A stretch of 53,104 nucleotides of DNA, filler included, from Catajapyx aquilonaris (GCA_000934665.2; 3 parts of 3 records of this genome joined end to end with filler, not necessarily neighbours in it), one strand, 5' to 3'. Positions 20,701 through 33,795 are shown, numbered from the whole stretch's first letter. Numbers and translations are program-made. Notes: generated from the letters alone by a model not told the origin.

Positions 20701-23700
20701 TGGCGTATTCGGGTGGCTGTACTGTGACGGCGTGTGGTGACAGAAAGGCACCCGCCTGTTTTCGTTCGATTTCCAACATGGCGTCAGGAGGGCTCTTATT
20801 GAATTGCTGTATGTTATACCGACCTGCAACCTGTAACCACCTACTCACCACCACTCCCAAGGGTCCCTTGTTCCACCAAAAACACAAAAGCCGAGTATAT
20901 TCGCGATACAGGCCGAGGGAGTCTCTTCGCCATTCCAAAATTCGAGCCATAAACAACCCGATCGTCTTTTGTCTCCTTCCGATAGTCCTTTGCGCGGGCG
21001 ATGCTGTAGGCATGCTGTGGCGATGCTGTTGGCATGCCGTGGCGATGCACGTCGCCGGCATGTAAACACACGGGCGATGCTTAAGCGCTATCGCTTGAGT
21101 CATGACGTCAGAACCGCTACAATTCACGGTCGAAATGCATCGCCGCGATGCATTTCGCTGATCATTTCGCTCACATGTAAACCCACCTTTACTGAGATAC
21201 ACTCTTTAGCGATTTTTGCCTAATCGCTCCTTCTGACTTTTAAATATAATTTTCTGGTGTAACTTGCCAAAGAGGCCTTACCACCTGTGGGCAACAAACC
21301 AACAAAGTCCGGCCCCCAGACCTTCCAGAGCCTTCTGACGGGAAGGGTTCGATGGGTGGCCTAACCGACAGGATATTTTGTACTACATGTTTGCGGCCAA
21401 TTATCTCCGTAATGCGGCGACCAAACATAATGACTCGTATACTTAAATCGATCCTCTGGGGGGGGGAGGTGTGGTGGCCGTGATGGTAACGTCACGGCTT
21501 GCTGTGTGAAAGGCCCCAGGTTCGATCCCCGCCAGGGGAACTATCCTTTCACCTGCGTCGGGAGGGTCTCTGACCTGCACCAAGGAGGTGTCTGGCAACC
21601 TAACCTCCTGGGGAACAGCACATGACCCGTTATTCAGACGTGCACCTTGCACCCATGTTCCCTCCCCAAAAATCCCTATCCTTTCCCCATGTCCTTTCTT
21701 CCTTGCACCGGAGTTAGAAGAAAAAGTTGAAAATTGAAGGAGATGGTGGTAATCCACCCCCCTCAAGACCCTTAAAAACGGTCATTACGGGGTAATTACA
21801 AAAAAAAAGAATCGATCCTCTGGTGGCTAGGAAGGCAGTCATATACGTCGGGGCACTGATTTCAGATACACCCTGTATACTTCAAAGTAAAAGGAGGTGA
21901 CATAACTGATGTCATGGTGATAATTTGCCATTACATTTTTTTAACTGAAAAGAACATAGGCCTACTACTACTGTAATAACATTGTGTGAAAATGGCATTT
22001 GTGACACCCTCTTTATAATATATTTTTATCATGTCTGTTGCTGATGTTGTTGGGGAGGGAGAGAGATTGTAGTTCTTGACGAGTTGACCTTCGCATTTTT
22101 AGTACCGTAGCAATTGATGATTACTGTACTGATTTCGATTATTTCCACATTAACAGTGCAGCAGACCTGTTTCGTAATTATTTTCAAACAGTAATTAAAA
22201 TAAATGCAACAGTTGTATTTGTGACTTCCTCGTGCCTTTCATTTTTTGATGTATAATGTATATTATGAGGCAGTTCATGTCACAAATATCTGAACATTTA
22301 GAAAATATGAAGTGAACCTAACTGGCATGGTACCGACTGGCTCATCCACTGGATACTGTTCGGACAAAAAAGATGGGACACCCTGTATGCATGCAGGGAG
22401 ATCCACATACAATGTCCGTTGTAGTGGGAGGTTTTCATCCAAGACGGTTAATTTTAAGCAGTTAATTTTAATGGTTAGATTAAAAGTATTAGTTAATCAT
22501 ATTAGGTTGACTTGATTGATCTATATCCCATCTCTGAATGGCAATTGGGAGTTGCCCATTTGAACTATTGGCTTCTAAAGTCAATGAGAGAAAACTATAT
22601 TTTACTGGCCAGTTCTATGCAGTAGGCTTCCTTGCAGGCGTAACAAAGGGTGAGTCAACGCAACATATCACTAATACTTTATTAACTAGGGCCTACTAAA
22701 TGTAACAATATTGATACATTTATGCTTATAATATACAGCTTAGTTACAAAAATTGCAAACTACGAGTAGCGTAAAAAGGAATATTTCGATTGGAACACCC
22801 TTCATGCTATTATTATAATAATATGTAAAGGTACTCACCAGCTTCTATCTGCAATTTTTTCTCTTTTACCCCCTCTCTCTTCAGTGTCACCGATTTCTTG
22901 ACTTCTAAGACATCCTCCAGTTCTTCTTCTAATGGTTCCCGCACCTCGGCTACATCTTCCTCTGCTTGTTGTAGCAAATCGCGTAAGCCCTGCCGATGTC
23001 AAAAATTATTACACTGTGAATCTTGCTTTAATTTAGCATCCAGATACTGTCTAGCAAGTAGATATGTCTAGATACTTACATCCAGATCTCTCCCTTGCGG
23101 ATGATCGCCTGTCGTTTGTAGCTTTCTCGAGAACGGCAGTCTCTTTTGTACTGGAGTTCACTTATTTCAGTTCTGGCTATGCTAATTCTTTGATGTGAGA
23201 ATCTGACTCGGCCTTTTATAGTGTATTCTTTCGCTTTTATCGTTTGGTAAATGCTACATAGGTCATGTAAAAGACATCAATAAGGGTAGCGATCGTTAAG
23301 TTTTGCTTAAAATATACTAAATATATAAATAACAAGAGGTCGGAGAGTTAAATTCCGAAATTTACAGCCTTCAAAGTTAGGCTGCTCAAAATGTTTCTTT
23401 CATGCGTAATTCATTATGAAAAAGAAATTATAAGTCGTGATTAAAGAAACACAATACTAACTCATCATATCGTTTTACGGCGTCCTCAGCGAAGGCGTAT
23501 TCTTTTTTCGCGAGGTATATCTTCTGCATAAGCTCTCTCTCTTTTGGCATGTAGAGGATGCTCTAAAATGTACCACCTCATTTCGCACACTGATCATTTT
23601 TTCAGTGGTCTCCCGTAGCTGAAGAATGGGCAGGAAGTTGACAGTACATGAATATGTAGGAGGAAATTTCTTGAGAAGCTATTGAGTCGCACACGATTAA

Positions 23701-24472
23701 TATTGTGTGCATCAGAATATATTATTGATCTCACATAGATTTTCATCGGTGCAAATGCGAGGCAGGTTTGTACAAGAAACTGCTCCTGACACCAGGGCCG
23801 GATTTAGACCTTGGGGGGCCCGGGGCGATCTTGGTTAGGGGGGCCCCTCGAACGTAGAAATTTAAAAAAAATACAGCAATAAGGCAGGTGCGTATGCAGA
23901 AAAGTTTCGGGTGGGGGCCCAGTTCATAAGCACTGGGTGAACAAGCGGTAAAGGGCGGGGAGGAAGCCCGCCGCAGCCGCAAATTTTTGGGGGGTTCAAG
24001 GTCACACATTGCTTAGGTGAATGTGGGATATTTGAATTGGTGTATTTGATAAAATTGGTAGCACTTTTTCCAAAAAAATTATGAATTAGTAATTTCTAAT
24101 GCTATTTCCGGCTATTTCAAACATTTCGTGGGGGGGCGACCCGCCTGGGCCCCCCTCCCCACCAGCCAGAATACGCCACTACGAATAATTCACTGCCACG
24201 GGAAAGCTCCCGACACTACTTTGACTCCCGAGCTGGATAGTCCGGACGTTAAGGGATTCAACCGTGCATTTGGTGAAAAAAGCATGAAATTTGGTACATA
24301 TGTCCCTGAGAGCATACTCTTCAAATTCAGATATGGCGCCACGCCCGTTTTCGCCCAGGAGGCGGGTTGGCTACACTGAAGCGAGTGACAAGTCGTTTTC
24401 TGAGCGAACTATGCTTCCTAGGCGGATATGTGCCAAACAAATGTTGTGGAGAAGCATGTATCCTACAAAAAG

Positions 24473-24550
<78 letters not shown>

Positions 24551-27500
24551 TTGTGGGTAATGCTTTCACCCCTGCCGGGGTATATAGCATGGACCTTTAT
24601 TGTATTTTGAGATGTTAAGTACATGGTGCCTATTTCATGAAAGCCCGGGCCCACGGGCAGGATGACAGGAGGGGATGTGCAAGTGCAGTGCGGTAACGGT
24701 GCTTGGTCGTTTTGTGAACTCCCCGGGTGGTTTAGTCTGTGGATATACCACCCGAGACGAAGCCAGAGACGACCCCAGAACTCTGCACGAGATGAAGGGG
24801 GTGTCCCCGGGCCGGGATCGAACCCGGAACCTTAACATCCGTGGGCGCGCACGTTACCGCGGCGCCACTCCGTCTCCCCACCTACAAAAAGTATATAGTA
24901 ACATTTCCACGTACGGTCAGTATTTTCGGAGCTACAGCGACTTGAACCAAATTAAGGGATTGAAAAAAAGTCAGTCGTGCATTTGTGAAATTTGGTAAGA
25001 ATGTCCCTGAGACCATACTCCTCCAATCCAGATATGGCGCCACGGTCGTTTTCGCCCAGGTGGCCTGTAATTGCGGGTTGGCTACCCTTCAGCGAGTGAA
25101 AAGTCTGTTTCTGAGCGAACTATGCTTCTCAGGAGGAAATGTGCCAAACAAAGGCTGTACAGAAACATGTGTTCTACAAAAATGTATAAGTACCTTGTCC
25201 ACGTAGAGTCCTTATTTTCAGAGCTGCAGTGACTTGAAAAATACTTTTCACTCGCTAAAGAGTAGCCAACCGGCAATTACGGGCCGCCGCACAGTGGGTT
25301 AAAAGGCAATTCTAGCAACTAAAAAGTCGCTGTCGATTTCATTATTGCTTTTAATTGAATATTTGGAGTTATGCTAGTGCGAAACACTTGTTGATGAATA
25401 GAAGACTGGAAAACTCAATAAAATAAATCATTCCAATGCAAAGAATACCCGATATCATTGAAGTCACTCACAATGTCACTTATACATACGAAAATGGTAT
25501 TACAGGGCTTAAAATTATTTGATTTCTCTTTAAAAAACCCCAATTAATACCGATCATACACAGTGACTTGGGCATCGACAAAAGTTTCGAATTCGACGTC
25601 ATTTGATGCCTCAAAATGTTCAGTATGTGTTTCAATTGTAGATCTAACCTTTCCTCGAAGCATCCATTATATGACAACTTACCCTCAGATCTCTTCCGTA
25701 CGAACAATGACCTCCACACTGCCACCTTCCCTAGCTGAGACTGAGTGCAGGTGGGACTGATTTCGGCCGGTGATTCCCCCATTTCGGGCAGTTTGCCAAG
25801 TCATGGCCTCATCCATTGTTTATTTATAGCCCACATTTATTGCCCCAAAGGATCGGGAACACAATGCACTGCGTTCCCTGTTCATTGTAATGTAAGCAAT
25901 GTAAAAATGTGATTTTTGTCCGGCTTTTTTGCAATCCCCGGCACTGTGCACCCTCAAGATTCCTCCATGGATGCCACGTTGTTGAATGGTCCGAAATACA
26001 GGCGAAGCTCAGTAAACTGATAGTAAATCGCAATTTTGGATTTGGGTTCATTGCCACCCCCTCTGATTGCTGCGTGTATGAGGGGAACATATTTCTCGCT
26101 ATTATCGAGCTTTAAAAATGTATTGGCAAATAATGGCAATTTATTTTGTGCGTAATAAAAACTTTAGTAGTTATACTTGTTATCCTATTTAAAAATTTGC
26201 CGCCACCTTGCGAATTTAGTAGTTAAAAGTCAGTGTATAATTCACAAATGTAGCAAATACTTCTTATGACGACCGCTGCTGTTCTTAATTTTTTGGCGCA
26301 GAATAAATTCATATTTAAAAGACAAATATATGGCAAAAATTAAGTACATATGTTGACGTATAATTTACACTAAATAAAATTTTAATAGACAGTTCTGCAT
26401 TTGGAAGGAGGTTGTTGCAGTCAGACGTTGGAATTCGGTCTGAATGATTAGAAAACTGATCCTGCAAAAATAACCACGTTTGACGTCTCAATACCAATTA
26501 CCACGTTCACAAAACACTTTGTTGTGCATTGTAAGATAAACTCTGGTTATCTAGCCACTATTTGGTACCAGAATGTTCAAAATCCGTGATGGTCAGTTTT
26601 TGGACTTTTTAGTTGCTAGAATTGCCTTTAACCCACTGTGCGCCGGGGCGAAAACGGGGGTGGCGCCACATCTGGATTGGAAGAGTATGGTCTCAGGGAC
26701 ATTCTTACCAAATTTCATGCTTTCATCATCAAAGTGCATGGCTGACCCTTAATTCCCTTTATTCCATTACTATGGGTTCAAGTCGCTGTAGCTCTGAAAA
26801 TAAGGACTCTACGTGGAAAAGGTACTTCTACATTTTTGTAGAACACATGTTTCTGTACAACCTTTGTTTGGCACATTTCCTCCTGAGTCCTGAGAAGCAT
26901 AGTTCGCTCAGAAACAGACTTTTCACTCGCTGAAGGGTAGCCAACCCGCAATTACAGGCCACCTGGGCGAAAACGACCGTGGCGCCATATCTGGATTGGA
27001 GGAGTATGGTCTCAGGGACATTCTTACCAAATTTCACCAATGCACGGCTGACTTTTTTTCAATCCCTTAATTTGGTTCAAGTCGCTGTAGCTCCGAAAGT
27101 ACGGTCCGTACGTGGAAAAGTTACTATACACTTTTTGTAGGATACATGTTTCCCCACAACATTTGTTTGGCACATATCCGCCTAGGAAGCACAGTTCGCT
27201 CAGAAAAAGACTTGGGTCACTCGCTTCAGTGTAGCCAACCCGCCTCCTGGGCGAAAACGGGCGTGGCGCCATATCTGAATTTGAAGAGTAGGCTCTCAGG
27301 GACATTTGTACCAAATGTCATGCTTTTTTCACCAAATGCACGGTTGACCCATTATTCCGCCCTTAACGTCCGGACTAGGAGGTTCGTCAGTATCTTCACA
27401 AGTAGCTAACTTTTAATTTTTAATAATAAAATGAAATATTTTAAACTTTTTGGGGGGCCCCCTTGGAAGGGGGGGGGGCGGGGCGATCGCACCCTACGCA

Positions 27501-28309
27501 CCCCTATAAATCCGGCACTGCCTGACACTAATGTGATCTCAGGTCTGATGCACACAGCAAAGCATTGTCAACCACACAAAAATCGCTACGTCCTGCACGA
27601 TTTTGTGACCTACCACTAAGTCCCATTTTCGTAGTTTCCTCGCAGTCGCAGGAATGATTCTTGTAATATCGATCGTGTTCAATACTAGTTTGGTGTGCTT
27701 GTTGAGCATCTTCAAGTGCTTATGGTTTACAGCTTTATCAGTTCTTTTCGCCTCGTCGATTTTTTCATCGACTTCGGTCAAGGTGACCTCTACCTTGGCT
27801 AGCTCTTCCTTAGATTCCTTCCAATGTGCCATATAGTTTTGTCGTAGAATTATTTTAAAATCCATGTTGAGCTTCATACATTCTAAGTACATAAGAAAAA
27901 TATTCGCATGAAGTGAAAGTGAATGTAATAATAATAGGCATGTCACCTACTAACCGAGTAAAGTTTTTTGTCTCTTGTTTGCCTTTTGTGCCATTGCATT
28001 GTTTTCACTAGAAAGTGCCTCTAACTTGGCCTTCACCATTGCGTCGTGCTCTTGTAGGTACGCGATTCTTTCTCTGAGGAACCGTAAATTGGACTTAAAC
28101 TCGTCCGTCACCTCCAAATGACCACTCCACAATTCCTCTGGGAATTGAAGAAAAAGTGAATAAACTTATATCAGGTATTTGCCTAGGCTAAACGATAATT
28201 ATATGTAATTCAGTTGCGAATGAAACTTACCAACTCTTTCTAGGGACGCAAGAGCTGCTCTAGCGTGCTTGCTAGAGTACTTCGTAAAAGGTTCCATCGA
28301 GTAAGGCAT
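17798..28309 (-). CDS. Multi-exon coiled-coil protein gene, possibly frameshifted; exons approx. 28231-28309, 27955-28137, 27614-27882, 23462-23618, 23080-23253, 22839-22989, 17798-17972
   Basis: MPYSMEPFTK... start; GT-AG boundaries; E/K/L-rich heptad-like peptides (KEELAKVEVTLTEVDEKIDEAK; GLRDLLQQAEEDVAEVREPLEEELEDVLEVK; ELCELQEIFE...). Phases match except for one shift near 23565 and one near 23090. May continue past the contig end. Confidence 0.65.
18143..19696. mobile_element. Non-autonomous Tc1/mariner-type element carrying a nested LINE fragment
   Basis: TA-CAGGGTGTCTCAACGGGAAG...CTTCCCGCTGAAACACCCTG-TA, imperfect ~55-bp TIRs. Confidence 0.75.
18213..19254 (-). mobile_element. 5'-truncated non-LTR retrotransposon (LINE) 3' fragment
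   Basis: 20-bp TSD CTTAATCAGTAGA(C/G)CATAAT at 18193 and 19255; A-rich tail on the minus strand; decayed ORF2-like text (FVKRFLGLPKNTANY; ORF 18714-19127). Confidence 0.75.
19868..20179 (-). mobile_element. tRNA-derived SINE (related copy at 49428-49615)
   Basis: A box TGGTGTAGTGG, B box GGTTCGAATCC; TSD TTCGAAGAATAAATAT at 19851 and 20180; AT-rich tail. Confidence 0.8.
20541..21184. mobile_element. Nested MITE with PIF/Harbinger-like termini
   Basis: GGGTTTACATGTGAGCGAAATGATCAGCGA...TCGCTGATCATTTCGCTCACATGTAAACCC, 30-bp perfect TIR. Confidence 0.75.
21460..21809 (+). mobile_element. tRNA-derived SINE (same family as 30175-30536)
   Basis: A box TGGCCGTGATGG, B box GGTTCGATCCC, poly-A tail, TSD AATCGATCCTCTGG. 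Confidence 0.85.
24479..24880 (-). mobile_element. tRNA-derived SINE with a long (ATT)n tail in the left foldback arm
   Basis: 17-bp TSD CCTACAAAAAGTATATA at 24462 and 24881; A box TGGCGCCGCGG, B box GGTTCGATCCC; absent from the right arm. Confidence 0.85.
25290..26640. mobile_element. Non-autonomous Transib-type transposon with RSS-like TIRs
   Basis: ~38-bp TIR CACAGTGGGTTAAA(A)GGCAATTCTAGCAACTAAAAAGTC at both ends; 5-bp GC-rich TSD CGCCG (25285-25289, 26641-26645). Confidence 0.85.
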
Positions 28310-30005
28310 GGCTGCTGTATAAAACACGCACTGAAAAAAAAAACCGCCTACCTCACCGATGGGTTACTGACCAACAATGAAACATGCTGGTTGTTTACTC
28401 TGGCAGGAAAGTCTCCATGGGCACAATGATTGCCGTTGCGACGCAACATGCGAGGCTTCTAGAGGCATATCTAAAATAAGTCAGAACGGTTCTTCTCAAC
28501 TTATAAAACTCAGGCACTCATCTGCTACGCAATAATTAACTAATGTCATGTCGCACCCAAACAAGTCAGACAATATAGCAGATCTTTAGCACATTTTATG
28601 ATAACTGATAATACGTCAAGCTGATAATTATGGAGGCCTGGCCAAAGTATAGTATTAAGCTCTTTGGGCCTGGCTTGTGGGCTAAGATGCTGAAAGAGGA
28701 AGAGGAAATCGGCTGGGTAGGAATCTCTGTGTAAAACCGCGAAACTGACTGCTGGCAGATTTTTCCTTTCTGCAAGTAATTAGGCAACCGGTACCTGTGA
28801 AAATTTGACGTTTTAAATGTAAACAGCCAATATCTTACACGCTGTATTGTCACCATTTTGAATTTAATTTATGTGAAAATACCTGATACCGGTACATAAT
28901 GCCACCAGTTGGTTTCTGATGATAGGCCTAACAATCATTTTACCTATGACGATAAAATAAAAAAGGGGCTGAGATGTTTCAGTTTCCGCAAACCATTAGA
29001 ATTCCAAAAATGCTCCCCCCCTGTAACCCAAATATGGCCGCTGAGCTACAACCGAAAAATAACCAATTTAAAGCAACGATCGTAATGAACTATACTACAA
29101 ACATTGTTAGGCAAAGACGGGAGAATTATAATTGTTGTAAAAAATCTACCACCCAGGTTGGACCACTTCATATGGGTTGGCCTATGGCTGGCCCTATAAA
29201 AATTATAGCGACAAAATTTTAAATGTGTCTCGGCTTGCCTAAAATTAGAGACCTTCTGCCAACATGTTCGATTCGTCGGCATCAGGTAGGCCTATTCTAG
29301 CCTACATAAGAATCAACCATTACCCTAGGCTTAGCTAGGGCCTAGGGCCTAGGTGATGAAAATTTCGAGCCCGTGTTGCGAACCACGGTTGTGAACAGAC
29401 TATCCCACTGCGACATGTCGCGCATGAAGCATCACTGTCGAGGAATACTTATATACGCGGTATTTATGTTAGGTTCAAACTCCGAAAACGGCCATTGGGC
29501 GGGAAAAAAACGTCCAGATTGCGGAACGCTCTATGCTGGCTCTATGTCAAACCATCAGCAGAATTGATGGTTTGACATGGAGCATTCCGCAGATTTCAGA
29601 TTTTGGGATATTTGTATATATGCATCTATAAAATAGGACAGCTTTGGGATGAGAAAATTTAATGCCTTCACATGATATTCATATGCATTTCTTAATTATA
29701 GATTACACATAAACCCTGAAGGAAGTTTTTGATAATTTCTGAATAATTTTTGAATACGTGCTGATACAGGTAATGATGCCAGTCATATCACAGTCACATG
29801 GAATTTTCCATATGTGACGCACGATACAAAAAAACTTATGGATTTTGGAATTTTTGATAAATGATTCTCAACCTGTACAATTTACCACGGTCTTGATCCC
29901 ATTCAGGGGCCAGCGATAATAATCAGCCACCTCCCACCTGGACATCTCATTCCAACGATACAATGAACCCTCCAGTGACTGGTCAGGCCACGCAAAAGGT
30001 GTAAT

Positions 30006-31891
30006 CAAGGTTGCAAAAAAAACAACGTTTTTTCTTCTTCGTAAAAAAATTGGGTTTAAACCACTGAGGTTTAATTTCAAATTTCTGGTTAAAATTTATT
30101 TAAACAAGTTGGGACTTCTTATCATCTACATAGCCCATTCTCAACTCATAGTGAGGTAAATAATAAGTTATACAGGGAGGTGTAGATGGCCTAGAGGGTA
30201 ACGTCTCGGCTTGATGAGTGAAAGGCCCCAGGTTCGATCCCCGCCTGGGGAACTTTCCTTTCACCTGCGTCATCGTCAGGAGGGTCTCTGACCTGCACGA
30301 AGGAGGTGTCTGGTCTGGCAACCTATCCTCCTGGGGAACAGCACATGACCCATAGCTGCCCATAGCTATGACATTGCACCTTGCACCCATGTTCCCTCCC
30401 CAAAAATCCCTATCCCTTCCCATTGTCCCTGTTTCCTTGCACCGGTGAATGAACCAGAAAATATATACAGAAAACTGATGGTGGTATGCCACCCTCCTAT
30501 AGCACCCATAAGGGTCATCACGGGGTAAACTAATAATAATAAGTTATACATTTGATTAAGAAAATGTATCTCGCTGAAAATTATAATTATCTGGCAAATT
30601 GAAAGCTGAAACACAAAACATGGTAGGTTATAATTTTGAGAACTACAATGTAGAGATTTCATACAGAAATGTTGCTTAAATGTTACAATATTTTATAAGT
30701 AAACAAAGAACAAAATAGTGGCATTGTGTAATACTGTACAATACTAAAACTATTAACTAAACTTTTAACTTGAGTTCAGAAAGCACTAACATTCTATCTT
30801 CTATGCCTACAACAACCTTATGAATGATTTAAACATTAAAAGATAAAATAACTATGAACACTATTTATCTTGTGGAAAACATTTTTCTGTTTGTATTTTC
30901 TGTTTACGTTTTCACATCACCATTAAATACTTTAAACAGAAACACAACAAGTTTAGATTCTTTCTCTGTGACCAATCGATTACGTAGTTTTGAATGCACT
31001 AACCCAAATGATGAAAAAATATATATATCTTTCAACACTTGCTGAAGAAGTCTGTGGTGTAACTGTGTAAGCAACTGTTCACTAATGAGAAAAACCTTGT
31101 CATTAAATTTATATCATTCTTTTGACTTCATTATCAAAAAGTAACTCTTGAAAAGGCGAACTTTTTGATTGAAACTTGACAATATTAAAGCACCTTTTTA
31201 GGATTTGTTGTACAATTTCAATTAATATAGGTGGACCATATATCTATATCCTCACTATTATTATTTTTACTTTATGCATGAGCTTATTGAAGGAAGAGTG
31301 CCATCCTTTTTCATATTTTATGAAAAATTAAACGTTATAACAAAAATATTGCACTCATATGATTCTTATATCCATTTAATCCCAGGTGTGGGGATAAACT
31401 CGTGGGATAAAATTCACATTTTACCCCCCCCCCCCTCCCCCATTTTGCTTAAAAATCTCCAGGAAGAAAATTAAAAGGGCAATTTCATAATCATATCCCT
31501 TCAAGAATCCTTTACCTAGCATAGTTAAAAAATATTTATACCAATCTAATAAATGTAAATAAAATTGGAGAGTTTTTCGTGTATCCACAAAGCATGTAAC
31601 TGGATAAAAATATTATTTTGGGACCCTTTTTTCATCTCTTTAGTGTCAGTAACACAGGAAGTACTCTCTGTATTTAAAACTACCCATTTTACCCCACCTA
31701 ACCCAACTCATTCGGTTAATTTAAATAGATTACTGAATGATTTAATTTTGCTAATTTTGCAGTAACACAAATAAGTAAATTTTAGCAGTAATTGGGATTA
31801 CTTTTCATTTTAAAAACCATGATGGTTTATTTTTTAACCACTTGATTTAAACCATGGTTTAATTCAATGCGGTTTAAACCAGCCAACCCTG
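30006..31891 (-). mobile_element. Decayed hAT transposon with a remnant of the transposase dimerization domain
   Basis: Minus strand ~30920-31055 reads TSSASVER..FSSFGLVHSKLRNRLVTEKESKLVVFLFK; termini CAAGGTTG...CAACCCTG. Confidence 0.75.
30175..30536 (+). mobile_element. tRNA-derived SINE nested in the hAT relic
   Basis: Homologous to 21460-21809; TSD TAATAAGTTATACA at 30161 and 30537. Confidence 0.85.
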
Positions 31892-33795
31892 ACCAATAAT
31901 ACCGTAATAATCAATCTCCGGAGTAGTGACCGGTGGCGACCGGGGGGGGGGGGGNGGGGGGGGGGAACTTGATTTGGCGAAGTACCATGTCGTCTGAGAT
32001 GCGCAGGGGTGGGACTGGTTGATTATAGTTTTATTTTCGCAAGTTTTAATTTAGTTCATATACCGGTATGTTGGATTAGCTTGCGTCTCCCTTCATCGCT
32101 GACTACACCTCATAGGGAAATGTCGTGATGGTGCAATTTGTTTTTATTTTTTAAAGAAACAAACATGATGTCTCACTTGATAAAAACACTAGAACAGAGG
32201 GGGGTCCTGTTTCATAACTGTATGCATTGATCCCAAAAATATGATGATGAGATTGTTATTTTACCTTCCCCCACCCCTTCTCTCCTCACTGTTCTCATGG
32301 TCGAGGTCACACTGTTATGTGGACAGCCGCTCAGCTTGCTAAATTGTATCCAGGGCAGGCGGGCAACTTCATGAACTTGGTAGTTGAATCACCCAGAGAG
32401 GCTGTGGTTGAGAAGAAGGCAGATGAGACCAGCATTGTCAGATGTTGCAGGGAAATTAACATTCCAGGTTGCAGTCAGTCTCAGGGAACAGCTCAACCAG
32501 TGTCCTTTTCAATCCATCAGGTAGACTCCCTGGAAAACTCCCTCTCGCCGGAGCTGCTTCCTTTTTCCCTGATTAAGACAAAGGGTATAGGGCTTCTCCA
32601 CAAGACCCTGATTCATTTCATGATATTGTTGCCGTCCAAAGAAAGCTCAATGAGTGAAGCGATTTGAAGGAGGAGTCCCCACCAAATTAGCCTCAAGGGG
32701 GAAATCATTAGAATCACCGTACCATCATAATTATGCTGACTGACATGCCCTTCATTCCATCACAAGTCTCTTTCCAGTCGATTCCATATCGTTCACCTGA
32801 ATTAAAGACCCCGTCAATATCCCCTATGTCCATGTCTCCTCAACATTTCCCTGAAATGGAATGGCTGAATGATAGCACATCAATGCTGGAGGACAGCAAC
32901 GGCAGCAAGCCATCTGTTTAGAAATCCTTCGTACCGGTATCCCTAGAATTTATTCAGGATACTCCTAATCCCTTTGCTAGACCAGCTGTATACATGTTAA
33001 ACACGATCGTCGAAACAACATTGCATTGAGGAAATCTTTCATCCCCACATACAAATGATACAATCCATCGTCGGTAGCCCCTGCAAAACTGTTAACCAGT
33101 AGTTAGGAACAATACAAAAATTTACATAGGTACTGAGCAAAAAGTAACCAATTTCGAAGTGAGACCAGGATCTTGAAGTGTTTGCCACACAACTTTATGC
33201 CTGACTGAATAAACAAAAACTCTTGGGGAGATCAAGGAAGGCTGCATGTCAATTAGCTTTAGATGGGTTAAGACTTGGTAATTTTTAAAATGGTTCACAC
33301 ATCCCCGATTCGGTCGAAAAACCTCTTGGGGGGTGTGAGATAAGACCACATCATTTTAGTAAACGTTTTGCTAAAAGAGCAAGAAATAGTTTAATACACT
33401 ACATTGTTCACTAGTGAGATTTGTCTATAGTTTGTGAAATCAGCGCCATGTCATTGTTGAATATCGGAACCATAGTAGAGTGGGCCCTAAAGGCAGGGAT
33501 TTGAGACTTACATACACAGCGGCTGGACAGCTCCAGTGACACTGTCGTAACCTCAATTATTGCAGTATGTTTTTAAGAAGGAGTAGGAATTAAATAATGT
33601 CCAGCGGAAGTTCTTTAACATAAAACTCAAATTGCCTGTTGTAAGTCGGTCAAAATGATCTGGTGTTTCTAATAATAAGGGATTACAGGCCGAAGTCGTT
33701 TCTTCCTCTGAAATGGGACTTATGGTCACCGGGTATACGGTATCTCAAAACGTCTAGTGATTCCTTCTACCTCGACCATGAGAGCCTAGAGTTAA

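Larger units (their letters stand above)
20435..21875. mobile_element. Non-autonomous Tc1/mariner-type element with ~65-bp TIRs and two nested inserts
   Basis: TA-CAGGGTGTATCTGAA.TCAGTGCCCCGACG... is mirrored at 21810-21875-TA. Confidence 0.85.
24238..27377. mobile_element. Foldback-like element built from ~270-bp subrepeats in inverted arms
   Basis: Termini TAGTCCGGACGTTAAGGG / CCCTTAACGTCCGGACTA; 24260-25240 (minus the SINE) is mirrored by 26775-27347. Confidence 0.8.
23793..27520. mobile_element. Non-autonomous hAT element, outermost layer of a nested transposon stack
   Basis: TIR CAGGGCCGGATTTA / TAAATCCGGCACTG; perfect 8-bp TSD CCTGACAC at 23785-23792 and 27521-27528. Confidence 0.85.

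Noticed and set aside
20451..21223. 202-aa ORF and other ORFs in this region
   Set aside because: They lie within a GC-rich MITE and have no recognisable domain.
24327..24654. Poly-Leu/Ile/Asn ORFs here, and similar homopolymer ORFs at 1307-1634 and 39562-39810
   Set aside because: Translations of (AAT)n or (GTT)n microsatellites and SINE tails.
25290..26640. A true V(D)J-like recombination locus
   Set aside because: Symmetric TIRs with a 5-bp TSD indicate a transposon insertion; there is no 12/23 pair and no flanking gene segments.
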